The notes: generated by a model from the letters alone, not told the origin. 14,862 nucleotides of DNA from Candidatus Micrarchaeota archaeon (GCA_043813365.1 JBDRLB010000043.1:1-14862), one strand, 5' to 3'; shown: positions 6,231-14,862, counted from the first letter of the stretch. A program made the numbers and translations.

Positions 6231-8045
6231 ATGACAATGAAAAGTTCCGTTTTCCTGAATGGCCGGTTCGTAGGTTTCCATGACAGCGGAGGGAAGCTCG
6301 TGGAGGAGATGAGGGATAAGCGAAGGAAGGGCGAAGTGGACTCCCAGATGAACGTTTGCTTCTACGAAAAGACAAACGAAGTGTTCATAAACTCGGACGA
6401 GGGAAGGGCGAGAAGGCCGGTCATAGTCGTCAAGAATGGGAAGAGCGCCTTGCTTCCGGAACATGTGGAAAAGCTGAAGGCCGGCCAGCTGAAATGGAAG
6501 GACCTCGTAACCAAGGGAATAATCGAGTACGTTGATGCGGAGGAGGAGGAGAATGCGTACATTGCAATGCGCGAGGATGAGCTTTCAACGCAGAATACGC
6601 ACCTTGAAATTGACCCGAACGGCATTCTCGGATATGTTTCCAATCAAATTCCTTTTCTTGAGCATAACATGGCTCCCAGAGTGCTAATGGCATCGCAGCA
6701 TGCAAAGCAGGCATTGGGGCTCTATTCTGCGAATTTCAACCTCAGGGGCGAAACCCGCGGTTACATTCTATTCTATCCGCAACGCCCGATTGTGCAGACA
6801 AGGGTTTACGATAACCTTAAGAATTACAAGAGATGCGCGGGCCAGAATTTCGTTGTCGCAGTCATGAGTTTTTATGGGTTCAACATGAACGATGCGATCG
6901 TGCTCAACAAGAACGCAGTTGACAGGGCAATGGGAAGGAGCGCATTCTTCAGGACGTACAATGCGGAAGAGCGCAGGTATCCCGGCGGCCAGAAGGACAA
7001 GTTCGAGATCCCTCCGGAATACGTGCAGGGCTATTTGGGTGAAGAAACTTACAAGAATATTGAAACCGATGGTTTGATATCACCGGAGGCATATGTCCCG
7101 GGGGATTCCGTCCTGATAGGGAAAACGTCGCCGCCAAGGTTCCTCAAGGAAATTTCAGCCCTCGATGTCGAGGTGGAGAAGCGCAGGGAATCATCGGTAA
7201 CTGTAAGAAGCAATGAGGATGGGATAGTCGATTCCGTAATGGTTTCGGAAAGCATTGCAGGCAACAAATTCGTGAAGGTCCGTGTGAGGAAAACGAACGT
7301 GCCGGAGATCGGGGACAAATTCGCCTCGAGGTACGGGCAGAAGGGAATTGTCGCACTTCTAGTCAACCAGGAGGACATGCCATTCACCAAGGACGGCGTA
7401 GTCCCGGACCTGATCATCAACCCGCACGCAATTCCGGGAAGGATGACTGCTGGCCACCTGCTTGAGATGCTGGGCGGCAAGGCAGCATGCCTTGAGGGAA
7501 GCCTGAGGGACGGCACGAGCTTCACCGGCGATTCGCAGGATGATTATGAGGCGATACTCGAAAAATACGGATTCGCGCCTTCCGGCCACGAACGACTCTA
7601 CGACGGCTATACGGGAAGGATGATGTCGGCAAAAATTTTCACCGGAGTAATCTACTACCAGCGGCTCCACCATTTGGTTGGATTGAAAATTCACGCAAGG
7701 AGCAGGGGACCCGTGCAGATGCTCACCCACCAGCCAACAGAAGGAAGGGCTCGTGAGGGAGGGCTTAGGCTGGGGGAGATGGAAAGGGATTGCTTCATCG
7801 GCTTCGGTGCGGCTTCCCTTCTGAAGGAGAGGATGATCGAGAGCTCGGACAAGACAACGGAGCTTATTTGCAATAAATGCGGCGCGAATGCGGTGTTCGA
7901 CAAGCTGAAGAACAAGACCACATGCCCGCTTTGCGAGAGCACGAGCTTTTCGGAAGTGGAGATGAGCTATGCATTCAAGCTTCTTGTCGATGAGATGAAA
8001 TCCATCGGAATATTTCCAAAATTGAATTTGAAGGATAAGGGTTGA
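6231..8045 (+). CDS. rpoB1: RNA polymerase subunit B' (Rpo2C)
   Basis: VFLNG, IEYVDAEEEE, LIGKTSPP, GDKFASRYGQKG, QPTEGRAREGGLRLGEMERD, Zn ribbon CNKC/CPLC, YAFKLL. The start could be 6228, 6231 or 6237. Confidence 0.96.
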   Translation: MTMKSSVFLNGRFVGFHDSGGKLVEEMRDKRRKGEVDSQMNVCFYEKTNEVFINSDEGRARRPVIVVKNGKSALLPEHVEKLKAGQLKWKDLVTKGIIEYVDAEEEENAYIAMREDELSTQNTHLEIDPNGILGYVSNQIPFLEHNMAPRVLMASQHAKQALGLYSANFNLRGETRGYILFYPQRPIVQTRVYDNLKNYKRCAGQNFVVAVMSFYGFNMNDAIVLNKNAVDRAMGRSAFFRTYNAEERRYPGGQKDKFEIPPEYVQGYLGEETYKNIETDGLISPEAYVPGDSVLIGKTSPPRFLKEISALDVEVEKRRESSVTVRSNEDGIVDSVMVSESIAGNKFVKVRVRKTNVPEIGDKFASRYGQKGIVALLVNQEDMPFTKDGVVPDLIINPHAIPGRMTAGHLLEMLGGKAACLEGSLRDGTSFTGDSQDDYEAILEKYGFAPSGHERLYDGYTGRMMSAKIFTGVIYYQRLHHLVGLKIHARSRGPVQMLTHQPTEGRAREGGLRLGEMERDCFIGFGAASLLKERMIESSDKTTELICNKCGANAVFDKLKNKTTCPLCESTSFSEVEMSYAFKLLVDEMKSIGIFPKLNLKDKG

Positions 8046-8089
8046 ATCGATAATCAATCGCCATATGCGTTCCAAAATGTTGATACAAA

Positions 8090-11000
8090 ATGAAAGTCGT
8101 GGAATCCATTGAATTCGGGGTTTTCTCGCCGGACCAGGTGAGGAAGCTATCGGCAGCAAAGATAACCGTGCCGGATACTTACGACGAGGACGGCTACCCC
8201 ATTGCAGGAGGTCTAGCTGACCAGCATCTTGGCGTGATCGACCCGGGCTTGAAATGCAAAACATGCGGCGGAAGGATGAAGAGCTGCAGCGGCCACTTCG
8301 GCCATATTGAGCTTGTAAGGCCGGTTATCCACGTGGGATTCGCTAAAATGGTCTACCAGCTGCTGAAGGCAACATGCTCTAGGTGCGGGAAATTGCTGCT
8401 TGAAATTGATTCATTGGATAAGGTGAGGCGGGTTGCGGAATGCCCCCATTGCAATGAGAAGCAGAAGCAGATAAAATTCATAAGGCCCATTTCATTTTAC
8501 GAAGAGGAGCGCAAGCTGCTCCCTTCGGAAATCCGCGAGCGCCTTGAGAGGATCCAGGACGAGGACCTGCAGACAATACGAGTAGCATTCAGGCCCGAAT
8601 GGATCGTGCTTACAGTATTGCTCGTGCCTCCTGTTTCCGTCAGGCCTTCCATAACGCTTGAAACCGGCGAGAGAAGCGAGGACGACCTTACCCACAAATT
8701 GGTGGATATTATTAGGATCAACCAGCGGCTAGCGGAAAACATCGATGCGGGAGCGCCACAATTGATCATCGAGGATTTATGGGAGCTGCTCCAATATCAT
8801 GTTGTGACCTATTACGACAATGAAACGGCGGGGATACCGCCGGCCCGCCACCGCTCGGGAAGGCAGCTGAAAACGCTTTTCCAGAGATTGAAAGGGAAAG
8901 AGGGCAGGTTCCGTTACAACCTGTCGGGAAAAAGGGTTAACTTCTCCGCGAGGACGGTTATTTCTCCTGATCCGACATTGGGGATCAACGAGCTCGGGAT
9001 TCCGGAAAGCATTGCTGCTGAGCTGACGCTGCCGCTTACAGTGAACGAATGGAATATGGAATACGTCAAGGAACTTGTCAAGGACCACACCGACAAAATC
9101 AATTACGTCATACGCTCCGATGGAAGGAGGAAGAGGGTCACGAAGGAAAATTTGGAGGAAGTGCTCGGCGAAATCGCGGTCGGCTATACGCTTGAGAGGC
9201 AGCTTATGGACGGCGACACCGTGATTTTCAACAGGCAGCCCTCATTGCACAGGATTTCGATGATGTGCCACACCGCAAAGGTGCTTCCGGGAAAAACCTT
9301 CAGGTTCAATGTTGCGGACTGCAGGCCTTACAATGCGGATTTCGACGGCGATGAAATGAACCTCCATGTGCCGCAGAACGAGGAGGCGCAGGCTGAAGCG
9401 GAAATACTCATGAAGGTGCAGGACCAGGTGCTCTCCCAAAGGAACGGGGAGCCGATCATCTCCGCAGATCTCGACCAGATTTCAGGGATCTACCTCATGA
9501 CCCTGCCGGACATAACCTTCTCCAAGGCGGAAGCATGCGAATATCTTGATGCGGGCGGCATCGTATCTGATGTGAAGGACGATATCACCGGAAGGGAGCT
9601 ATTCAGCCTGATGCTTCCGAAAGGATTCGAGTTCAGCTTCGTTAACAAAGTGAAGGAGAATGTGGAGATAAAGAATTCCAAACTCGTCAACGGCCACATC
9701 GACAGCAAGACGAATGATGCGATCACGAGGGAAGTTTTCGCGAAATACGGCGCATCCGAAGCGCAGAAGTTCATCGACGCATCCACGAAAATCGCAAGCA
9801 AAATCGTTACCAGATACGGGCTTTCGCTGAGTTTGGTCGATTACGAGCTTCCCATAGAGGCGAAGAACGATATCCGCCAGATTCTCAAGGACAGCAGGAA
9901 CAGCCAGAAGACAGTTGTCAACCAATTGAGGGAAGGCAGGCTCGTCAGGCAGCCCGGAAAAACCCTCAAGGACAGCTTCGAGGAAAAGATGATGAACATC
10001 CTCGAGGAGACGCGTGAAAAATGCGGCAGGGTCATTCTCAAGCACATCCACAAGGAAAAGGTATTTTTCGGGGACGTTGAGCTGCACCAGAATCCCGCGA
10101 TCATGATGAGCAAGGCAGGCGCAAAAGGCAAGCTGCTCAACGTAGTGCAAATGGCAGCCATTGTAGGCCAGCAGGCAATCCGTGGGAAAAGGATGACAGC
10201 CGGATACAGCAACAGGATACTTTCGCATTTCAGGAAGGGCGACCTCACCGCGTACGCGAAGGGATTCGTCGCAAACAATTACAAAATAGGCATGGATCCG
10301 ATCGAATATTTCTTCCATGCGGCCGGAGGAAGGGACTCCGTCGTGGACAAGGGAGTCAACCCCGCGAAAACGGGCTACATGCAAAGGAGGCTTATCAATG
10401 CACTTCAGGACCTGATCGTAAAGGAAGACATGAGCGTGCGCGATGCGGAAGGGAACATCGGCCAATTCACTTACGGAGAGGACGGGCTCGACTCGTGCGG
10501 CCAAAAAGTTGCCTACGGGGAGCCGGTAGGGGTCATTGCCGCCCAGAGCATCGGCGAGCCAGGGACGCAGATGACTCTTAGGACCTTCCACTATGCGGGA
10601 GTCGCATCCCTCGCACAGTTGGGGTTCACCAGGCTCGTTGAAATAGTCGATGCAAGGAAAACCCCGAAGAATCCCGTCATGGACATAGTGCTGAAGCCGG
10701 AGTACGCGAAGGATTACAAGAAGGTCGCCCAGATGGCCGCGTCAATAGAGCAGGTTTCGCTTTCCAAAATAGCGACAATAAAGGAGGATTTCGGCTCCAA
10801 GAGGATAAAAGTCATGCTCAACAAGGAAAAGATGAAGGAGGTCAAGATAGGCGAGGAGGAAGTCCTCAAGGCCATCAAGGCAGTATCGGACTTCGAGAGG
10901 AGGGGCGATACGGTCATGGTTATCCCGAAGCAGGACACGCTGAAATTCATCAGGAAAACAACTACAAAGCTTTCCGAAATCATCCTCAAGGGGATCGCGG

Positions 11001-11482
11001 GAATAAACCGCGCTATCATCATCGAGCAGCCGGACGGCTCGCACTCAATTGCGACCGAAGGCACGAATCTGGAGGAAGTATTCAAGATCCCGGAGGTTGA
11101 CGCGGCAAAAACCGCCACTAACGACACGATGGAAATCCAGCGCGTACTTGGGATCGAAGCCGCAAGGAACTCCATCATTGCCGAAATCGATAAGGTCATG
11201 AAGGCGCAGGACCTGAAGGTGGATTACAGGCATATCGCACTTATTGCGGACACGATGACTTACAAGGGGGAAGTTAAGAGCATTGGCCGGCACGGGCTTG
11301 CAGGGGAAAAGGCATCGGTGCTCGCACGCGCTGCTTTCGAGGAAACCGCAAAGCACCTCATCAACGCATGCATCGGCGGTGAGAAGGATGAGCTCCGTGG
11401 AATCACCGAGAACATCATTATAGGGCAGACGATACCCTGCGGAACCGGACTCGTGAAGGTCGTCATGAAGGCGCAGGAATAG
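8090..11482 (+). CDS. rpoA: RNA polymerase largest subunit, A' and A'' fused in one 1130-aa ORF (Rpo1)
   Basis: CKTC..CSGHFGH, RLKGKEGRFR, FNRQPSLH, YNADFDGDEMN and GYMQRRL (A' part) continue in frame into AAQSIGEPGTQMTLRTFH, LGIEAAR, SVLARAAFE and ENIIIGQ..GTG (A'' part). Confidence 0.97.
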   Translation: MKVVESIEFGVFSPDQVRKLSAAKITVPDTYDEDGYPIAGGLADQHLGVIDPGLKCKTCGGRMKSCSGHFGHIELVRPVIHVGFAKMVYQLLKATCSRCGKLLLEIDSLDKVRRVAECPHCNEKQKQIKFIRPISFYEEERKLLPSEIRERLERIQDEDLQTIRVAFRPEWIVLTVLLVPPVSVRPSITLETGERSEDDLTHKLVDIIRINQRLAENIDAGAPQLIIEDLWELLQYHVVTYYDNETAGIPPARHRSGRQLKTLFQRLKGKEGRFRYNLSGKRVNFSARTVISPDPTLGINELGIPESIAAELTLPLTVNEWNMEYVKELVKDHTDKINYVIRSDGRRKRVTKENLEEVLGEIAVGYTLERQLMDGDTVIFNRQPSLHRISMMCHTAKVLPGKTFRFNVADCRPYNADFDGDEMNLHVPQNEEAQAEAEILMKVQDQVLSQRNGEPIISADLDQISGIYLMTLPDITFSKAEACEYLDAGGIVSDVKDDITGRELFSLMLPKGFEFSFVNKVKENVEIKNSKLVNGHIDSKTNDAITREVFAKYGASEAQKFIDASTKIASKIVTRYGLSLSLVDYELPIEAKNDIRQILKDSRNSQKTVVNQLREGRLVRQPGKTLKDSFEEKMMNILEETREKCGRVILKHIHKEKVFFGDVELHQNPAIMMSKAGAKGKLLNVVQMAAIVGQQAIRGKRMTAGYSNRILSHFRKGDLTAYAKGFVANNYKIGMDPIEYFFHAAGGRDSVVDKGVNPAKTGYMQRRLINALQDLIVKEDMSVRDAEGNIGQFTYGEDGLDSCGQKVAYGEPVGVIAAQSIGEPGTQMTLRTFHYAGVASLAQLGFTRLVEIVDARKTPKNPVMDIVLKPEYAKDYKKVAQMAASIEQVSLSKIATIKEDFGSKRIKVMLNKEKMKEVKIGEEEVLKAIKAVSDFERRGDTVMVIPKQDTLKFIRKTTTKLSEIILKGIAGINRAIIIEQPDGSHSIATEGTNLEEVFKIPEVDAAKTATNDTMEIQRVLGIEAARNSIIAEIDKVMKAQDLKVDYRHIALIADTMTYKGEVKSIGRHGLAGEKASVLARAAFEETAKHLINACIGGEKDELRGITENIIIGQTIPCGTGLVKVVMKAQE

Positions 11483-11527
11483 GGGCCTAACGCTCACGTT
11501 TATATTTTCCCTATTTGTAACCAGCTC

Positions 11528-12586
11528 ATGAGAAAAACAATCACATTGCTCCTTATTGCTCTGTTGCTCTTTGGCTGCACCGAAGAGGGCAAGCCAACGC
11601 CCAGCCCCAAGCCAACTGTGAAAAACCAGCCGCTAATTCAGTTCCCGTCCCCCTCCCCCACGATAATTCCATCACCAACGCCGAATCCGCTGAAGTTCGT
11701 TGCATTGCCTACTGTAAAAATTACTAACACGACCGCATTAGTCTCTTGGACCACTAACTTGAAATCAAATACGATAATCGAGTATGGAAAAACCGATGGT
11801 TACGGAGAGACCAAAATGACGGCCAACAATGTCACTTCGCATGCGATAAACGTCACCGGCCTCGAGTTCGTGTCCGAATACCATTTCCGGGCAATCTCCT
11901 GCGACGGTGATGCATGCGTGAAATCCAACGGCACAGTTGCCAAAACTGGGCACAAGCAGTGCCCCGGCGGAATGAGTTACATTGCAGATGGAGATTTCTG
12001 CATGGATAATTTCGAGGCGTTCATTGTTGATGGGAAGGCGGCCATAAGCGGCGCGGCTGTTCCTAGGAACATGATTTCAAAGGCGGATGCCATCAGGGCA
12101 TGTGAAAATGCAGGCAAGAGGATGTGCACTTCGAAGGAATTCGACGCAGCATGCAACGTTAAGGGGGAGAAATTCGGCCATATCGGAAACAACATCTGCA
12201 ATGTGCAAAACACGTCGTACATCGGTGCGGGCTTCGCAACGAACTGCACTTCGGCCGAAGGGGTTCACGACCTGATTGGGAACTTATGGGAATGGGTTTC
12301 AGACGTGACAACCGACAAGACCCCAATCGCCTCGGGATTGGTTGATCGTGATGATATACTTACCGCAGGGAGGGATTACGTGCTTCCAAGGCAATTCAAT
12401 GTCGAAACAGAAAGGCGCGGCGGGGATTATTACTACAATGTCGAATCGAATCCAGGGCTCTTTGTCGGGAAAGGCATTGCGCGCGGCGGCTATTACGAAT
12501 CCCGCCAGGGCGGAGGATGCTTCTCCTACCAAGTCGGGGTTCCTTTGGAAGGGGATGCAAAATTAGGCTTCAGGTGCTGCTCGTAA
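11528..12586 (+). CDS. Lipoprotein: Pro/Thr linker + FN3-like domain + formylglycine-generating enzyme (FGE/SUMF1, C-type-lectin fold) domain
   Basis: Lipobox LLLFGC; linker PTPSPKPT; FN3-like VSWTTN..IEYG..HAINVTGL...YHFR; FGE motifs CPGGM..FCMD.FE, AC..AGKRMCT..EF, GVHDLIGNLWEWV, RGG, GFRCC. TTTATA at 11499-11504. Confidence 0.82.
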   Translation: MRKTITLLLIALLLFGCTEEGKPTPSPKPTVKNQPLIQFPSPSPTIIPSPTPNPLKFVALPTVKITNTTALVSWTTNLKSNTIIEYGKTDGYGETKMTANNVTSHAINVTGLEFVSEYHFRAISCDGDACVKSNGTVAKTGHKQCPGGMSYIADGDFCMDNFEAFIVDGKAAISGAAVPRNMISKADAIRACENAGKRMCTSKEFDAACNVKGEKFGHIGNNICNVQNTSYIGAGFATNCTSAEGVHDLIGNLWEWVSDVTTDKTPIASGLVDRDDILTAGRDYVLPRQFNVETERRGGDYYYNVESNPGLFVGKGIARGGYYESRQGGGCFSYQVGVPLEGDAKLGFRCCS

Positions 12587-12650
12587 AAAAAATGGCGGCC
12601 TCGGATAAATAATCCAAATGGGGGGTTTCCAAATTAGTCCATTCACACGC

Positions 12651-13892
12651 TTATTTCTGCTTGAGATGCCGTTGCATGAATTTCTCCAAATGGTCGTATG
12701 CCTGCTTTTGCACTTCCAGGGAAGGCAACGTCACAACCCGGAAATACCCTTCAGATGGGGGCATTGCAAACCCGCTTCCCGGAACGACCCTGACGCCTTC
12801 TTCCCCGAGCAGCTGCATTATGAATTCCTTGTCCGTCTTCCACCTCATTTTTTCCACTTTCGGAAGAGCATAGAATGCGCCCCTTGGGGGATTGCAGCTG
12901 ATGCCATCAATTGAATTGAGCCTCTCTGAAGTGAATTTCGCGCGTTCCTTCAGCCAGCCTAGGTATGTGCGGTACTCCTCCATGTGCGCCTCCCTTTCGC
13001 GTACCCCCTTCGCATATGCATGCTGCACCGCGTTGTTCGCAGAAAGCCTGAAAGAACACACCTTCACCATCGCCCTGAAAATCGAATCGTCCCTGAAATT
13101 GGAAAACAGCGCATGCCCTATCCTCCAGCCCGGCGCGTAGAAGCCCTTTGAGAACCCATCCAAGGTGATGACAGGGACCGAATCTGTAAGGGAAGCAGTT
13201 GGCACGTGCGTTTTCCCATCGAATCTCAGGAGGTGGTAAATCTCATCCGATATTATCGCAACTTCCCCTTTCCCCTTATCTTCAACTGCATCTATGATCG
13301 CCTTCAGCTCCGGCTCATCGAATACCGCACCAGTTGGGTTGTCGGGGTTTATGAGTACGACCGCAACCGTGTTCTTATCGATTGATTTTTCAATTTCCTC
13401 GACTTTCGGCTTCCAGTTATCCTTCGGGTCCATAGTATAATAGCGCGCCTCCCCCTCGTACCAGTTAACTCGTGCAGTGTAAAGCGGGTAATCAGGCCTA
13501 GGAAGAACCACGTTCCTCCCTTTTTCAACAGAGCAGCCAAAGAAATAATCCAGAAGTTCGCTCAGTCCGTTCCCAACAACCACTTTTTCGGCATCCGCAT
13601 CCCTGATCCCGATTTTCCTCGAATAATCCGCAACTGCCTCCCGGGTTTCCTTTTCCCCCTGCTCGTTCGCATACCCGTCGTACTGGCCGCCCATTCCAAC
13701 AAGCCGGATGATCTCATCCTTTATGTGGGAAGGCATCCTGAAGCCGTATTCCCCAAGGTTTGCGCCGGGATCGCCGATGTTGAGCTCATATGTTTTCCTG
13801 CCCTCCTTCTTGAGCTCTTTTACCTTCCTTGCAACATCCTGGTCCCTGATCGCATAGTTTGCCCGATCAACGCGTGCAGCTATCTTTAGCAT
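12651..13892 (-). CDS. PLP-dependent aminotransferase class I/II (alanine/aspartate aminotransferase-like)
   Basis: LNIGDP, INPDNPTGAV, ISDEIY, GFSKGFYAPGWRIG (PLP lysine), PRGAFY, VVPGSGF, YFR. SD GGGTGA and TATA-like TTTAAAAG (13937-13944) upstream. Confidence 0.93.
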   Translation of the reverse strand: MLKIAARVDRANYAIRDQDVARKVKELKKEGRKTYELNIGDPGANLGEYGFRMPSHIKDEIIRLVGMGGQYDGYANEQGEKETREAVADYSRKIGIRDADAEKVVVGNGLSELLDYFFGCSVEKGRNVVLPRPDYPLYTARVNWYEGEARYYTMDPKDNWKPKVEEIEKSIDKNTVAVVLINPDNPTGAVFDEPELKAIIDAVEDKGKGEVAIISDEIYHLLRFDGKTHVPTASLTDSVPVITLDGFSKGFYAPGWRIGHALFSNFRDDSIFRAMVKVCSFRLSANNAVQHAYAKGVREREAHMEEYRTYLGWLKERAKFTSERLNSIDGISCNPPRGAFYALPKVEKMRWKTDKEFIMQLLGEEGVRVVPGSGFAMPPSEGYFRVVTLPSLEVQKQAYDHLEKFMQRHLKQK

Positions 13893-13978
13893 TGTTGGTT
13901 CACCCGGAAGGAAATAGCTGTAATTCTCCGCGAATGCTTTTAAATTCTCGCTAACGCTGGGCTTTACGCGGTTTGACG

Positions 13979-14022
13979 AATAAAAAAATCAGAAAAATAA
14001 AAATAAAAAAAGAAAGGAAAAA
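13979..14022 (-). terminator. Poly-T tracts downstream of TRAM gene
   Basis: Several consecutive T-runs on the minus strand just after the stop at 14033, as in archaeal oligo-U terminators. Confidence 0.6.
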
Positions 14023-14032
14023 GGATGCGTAC

Positions 14033-14464
14033 TTACGCAGCCTGCTCGTCTGCGGAATCCTCGGACTGATCGCCCGCGGGCTCCTCAACGGCCTCGCTTT
14101 CCGTGCTTGCTGCTGCAGTTTCTGGCGCGGACTGTGCCTCGCCTGATTTCTGCGCTATAGCAAAACGGTTGCGGACCTCATTGATCCGAATCCTGCATCT
14201 CTCGCCCTTGCTCGTGCCCGGGACAAAGATGATGAATCCCTGGATCTTGCAGATCCCGTCTCCCTTTGCAGCGATGTCTGTTATCTCAACATCGTACTCT
14301 TCACCGGACTTCACCGGTGCCTCGCGCTGCGAGAATCCGCCGCCGCCTCCAAAGCCGCCGCGATCTCCGCCGCCCCTGAAGCCGCCGCCTCCGCCGCGAT
14401 CTCCGCCGCCGCGATAGCCGCCGCCGCGTCCTCCCCTGTCTCCGCCTCTGTCTCTAAAACCCAT
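14033..14464 (-). CDS. Single-TRAM-domain RNA-binding protein with RGG-rich N-terminus and acidic C-terminal tail
   Basis: APVKSGEEYDVEITDIAAKGDGICKIQGFIIFVPGTSKGERCRIRINEVRNRFAIA is a typical archaeal TRAM domain. SD AGGTGA at 14473-14478. Confidence 0.92.
   Translation of the reverse strand: MGFRDRGGDRGGRGGGYRGGGDRGGGGGFRGGGDRGGFGGGGGFSQREAPVKSGEEYDVEITDIAAKGDGICKIQGFIIFVPGTSKGERCRIRINEVRNRFAIAQKSGEAQSAPETAAASTESEAVEEPAGDQSEDSADEQAA
14355..14410 (-). repeat. Coding direct repeat, 2 x 20 bp with 36-bp period (GGGDRGG units)
   Basis: CCGCCGCGATCTCCGCCGCC at 14355-14374 and 14391-14410. Confidence 0.85.
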
Positions 14465-14646
14465 ACCTTACTTCACCTATCTATACAGTTGCCGATGCTA
14501 ATCGCTGCAAGGTTACTTTGCCAGAATTAGAAACCATCCTTAATGAACGTACTCAAATCCGTCAAGCCCTTAACTAATTAGCTCACAACTTAGTGCTATA
14601 AATATGGATAATACAATTTAAAAAGGTGCGTTTTGGCCCCGTTCAG

Positions 14647-14862
14647 CTACTTGTAAGTGGTTTCGCTTCTGCGCTCGATGCTCGTAATCCTGACGATCTT
14701 CTCGTTCCAATAGATTTCATATAATATCCGGAAGCTTGAGAGCCTTATGCGGTAAGAATGCCCGGAACCTTCGAGTTTTATCAGGTCATATTCCCTGAAT
14801 GGTGCCGGATTTTCCTTCATAATGACGAACAATTTTACCAATTTTTCACGGATGCCGGCCTG
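14647..14862 (-). CDS. RelE/ParE-family toxin, 5'-truncated by window edge
   Basis: The frame is open to the edge: QAGIREKLVKLFVIMKENPAP..YDLIKLEG...YRIRLSSFRILYEI......VRITSIERRSETTYK, matching the RelE-like KL.G...YR.R.G.YR..Y pattern. Confidence 0.8.
   Translation of the reverse strand, partial: QAGIREKLVKLFVIMKENPAPFREYDLIKLEGSGHSYRIRLSSFRILYEIYWNEKIVRITSIERRSETTYK

Noticed and set aside
8065..8112. Short out-of-frame ORF overlapping the rpoA start (possible frameshift)
   Set aside because: RpoA from ATG 8090 already has a normal N-terminus (ESIEFGVFSP), and the 15-codon ORF has no support.
4994..11497. Long antisense ORFs within rpo genes (e.g. 7359-8264, 9599-10591, 5702-6223)
   Set aside because: Shadow frames of highly conserved genes with no recognisable domains.
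14490..14545. Fluoride riboswitch-like GATGG start in the TRAM leader
   Set aside because: The downstream conserved elements and pseudoknot complement are missing, and the gene context does not fit.

Overview
Archaeal chromosomal window. Micrarchaeota/DPANN-like origin is inferred from the LFGC lipobox, non-canonical tRNA introns, split rpoB and fused rpoA. From left to right: two strong GC hairpins (11-126); a tRNA-Pro(GGG) that appears to carry three BHB introns, including a 6-nt micro-exon; an orphan ORF; an HTH_10 regulator and a stand-alone PEP-utiliser (phospho-His domain) protein, both preceded by the same 16-bp palindromic motif; an intron-containing tRNA-Gly(TCC); an orphan ORF and a pilin-like ORF. 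The RNA polymerase operon follows (rpoH, rpoB'', rpoB', fused footless rpoA'A''). It has unusual substitutions near the active site and a diverged duplicate of the rpoB'' 3' end inside a 32-codon mini-ORF. After it come an FN3 + FGE/C-type-lectin lipoprotein, a class I aminotransferase, an RGG-TRAM RNA-binding protein and a partial RelE-like toxin. All calls come from manual motif and base-pairing inspection; no searches were run.
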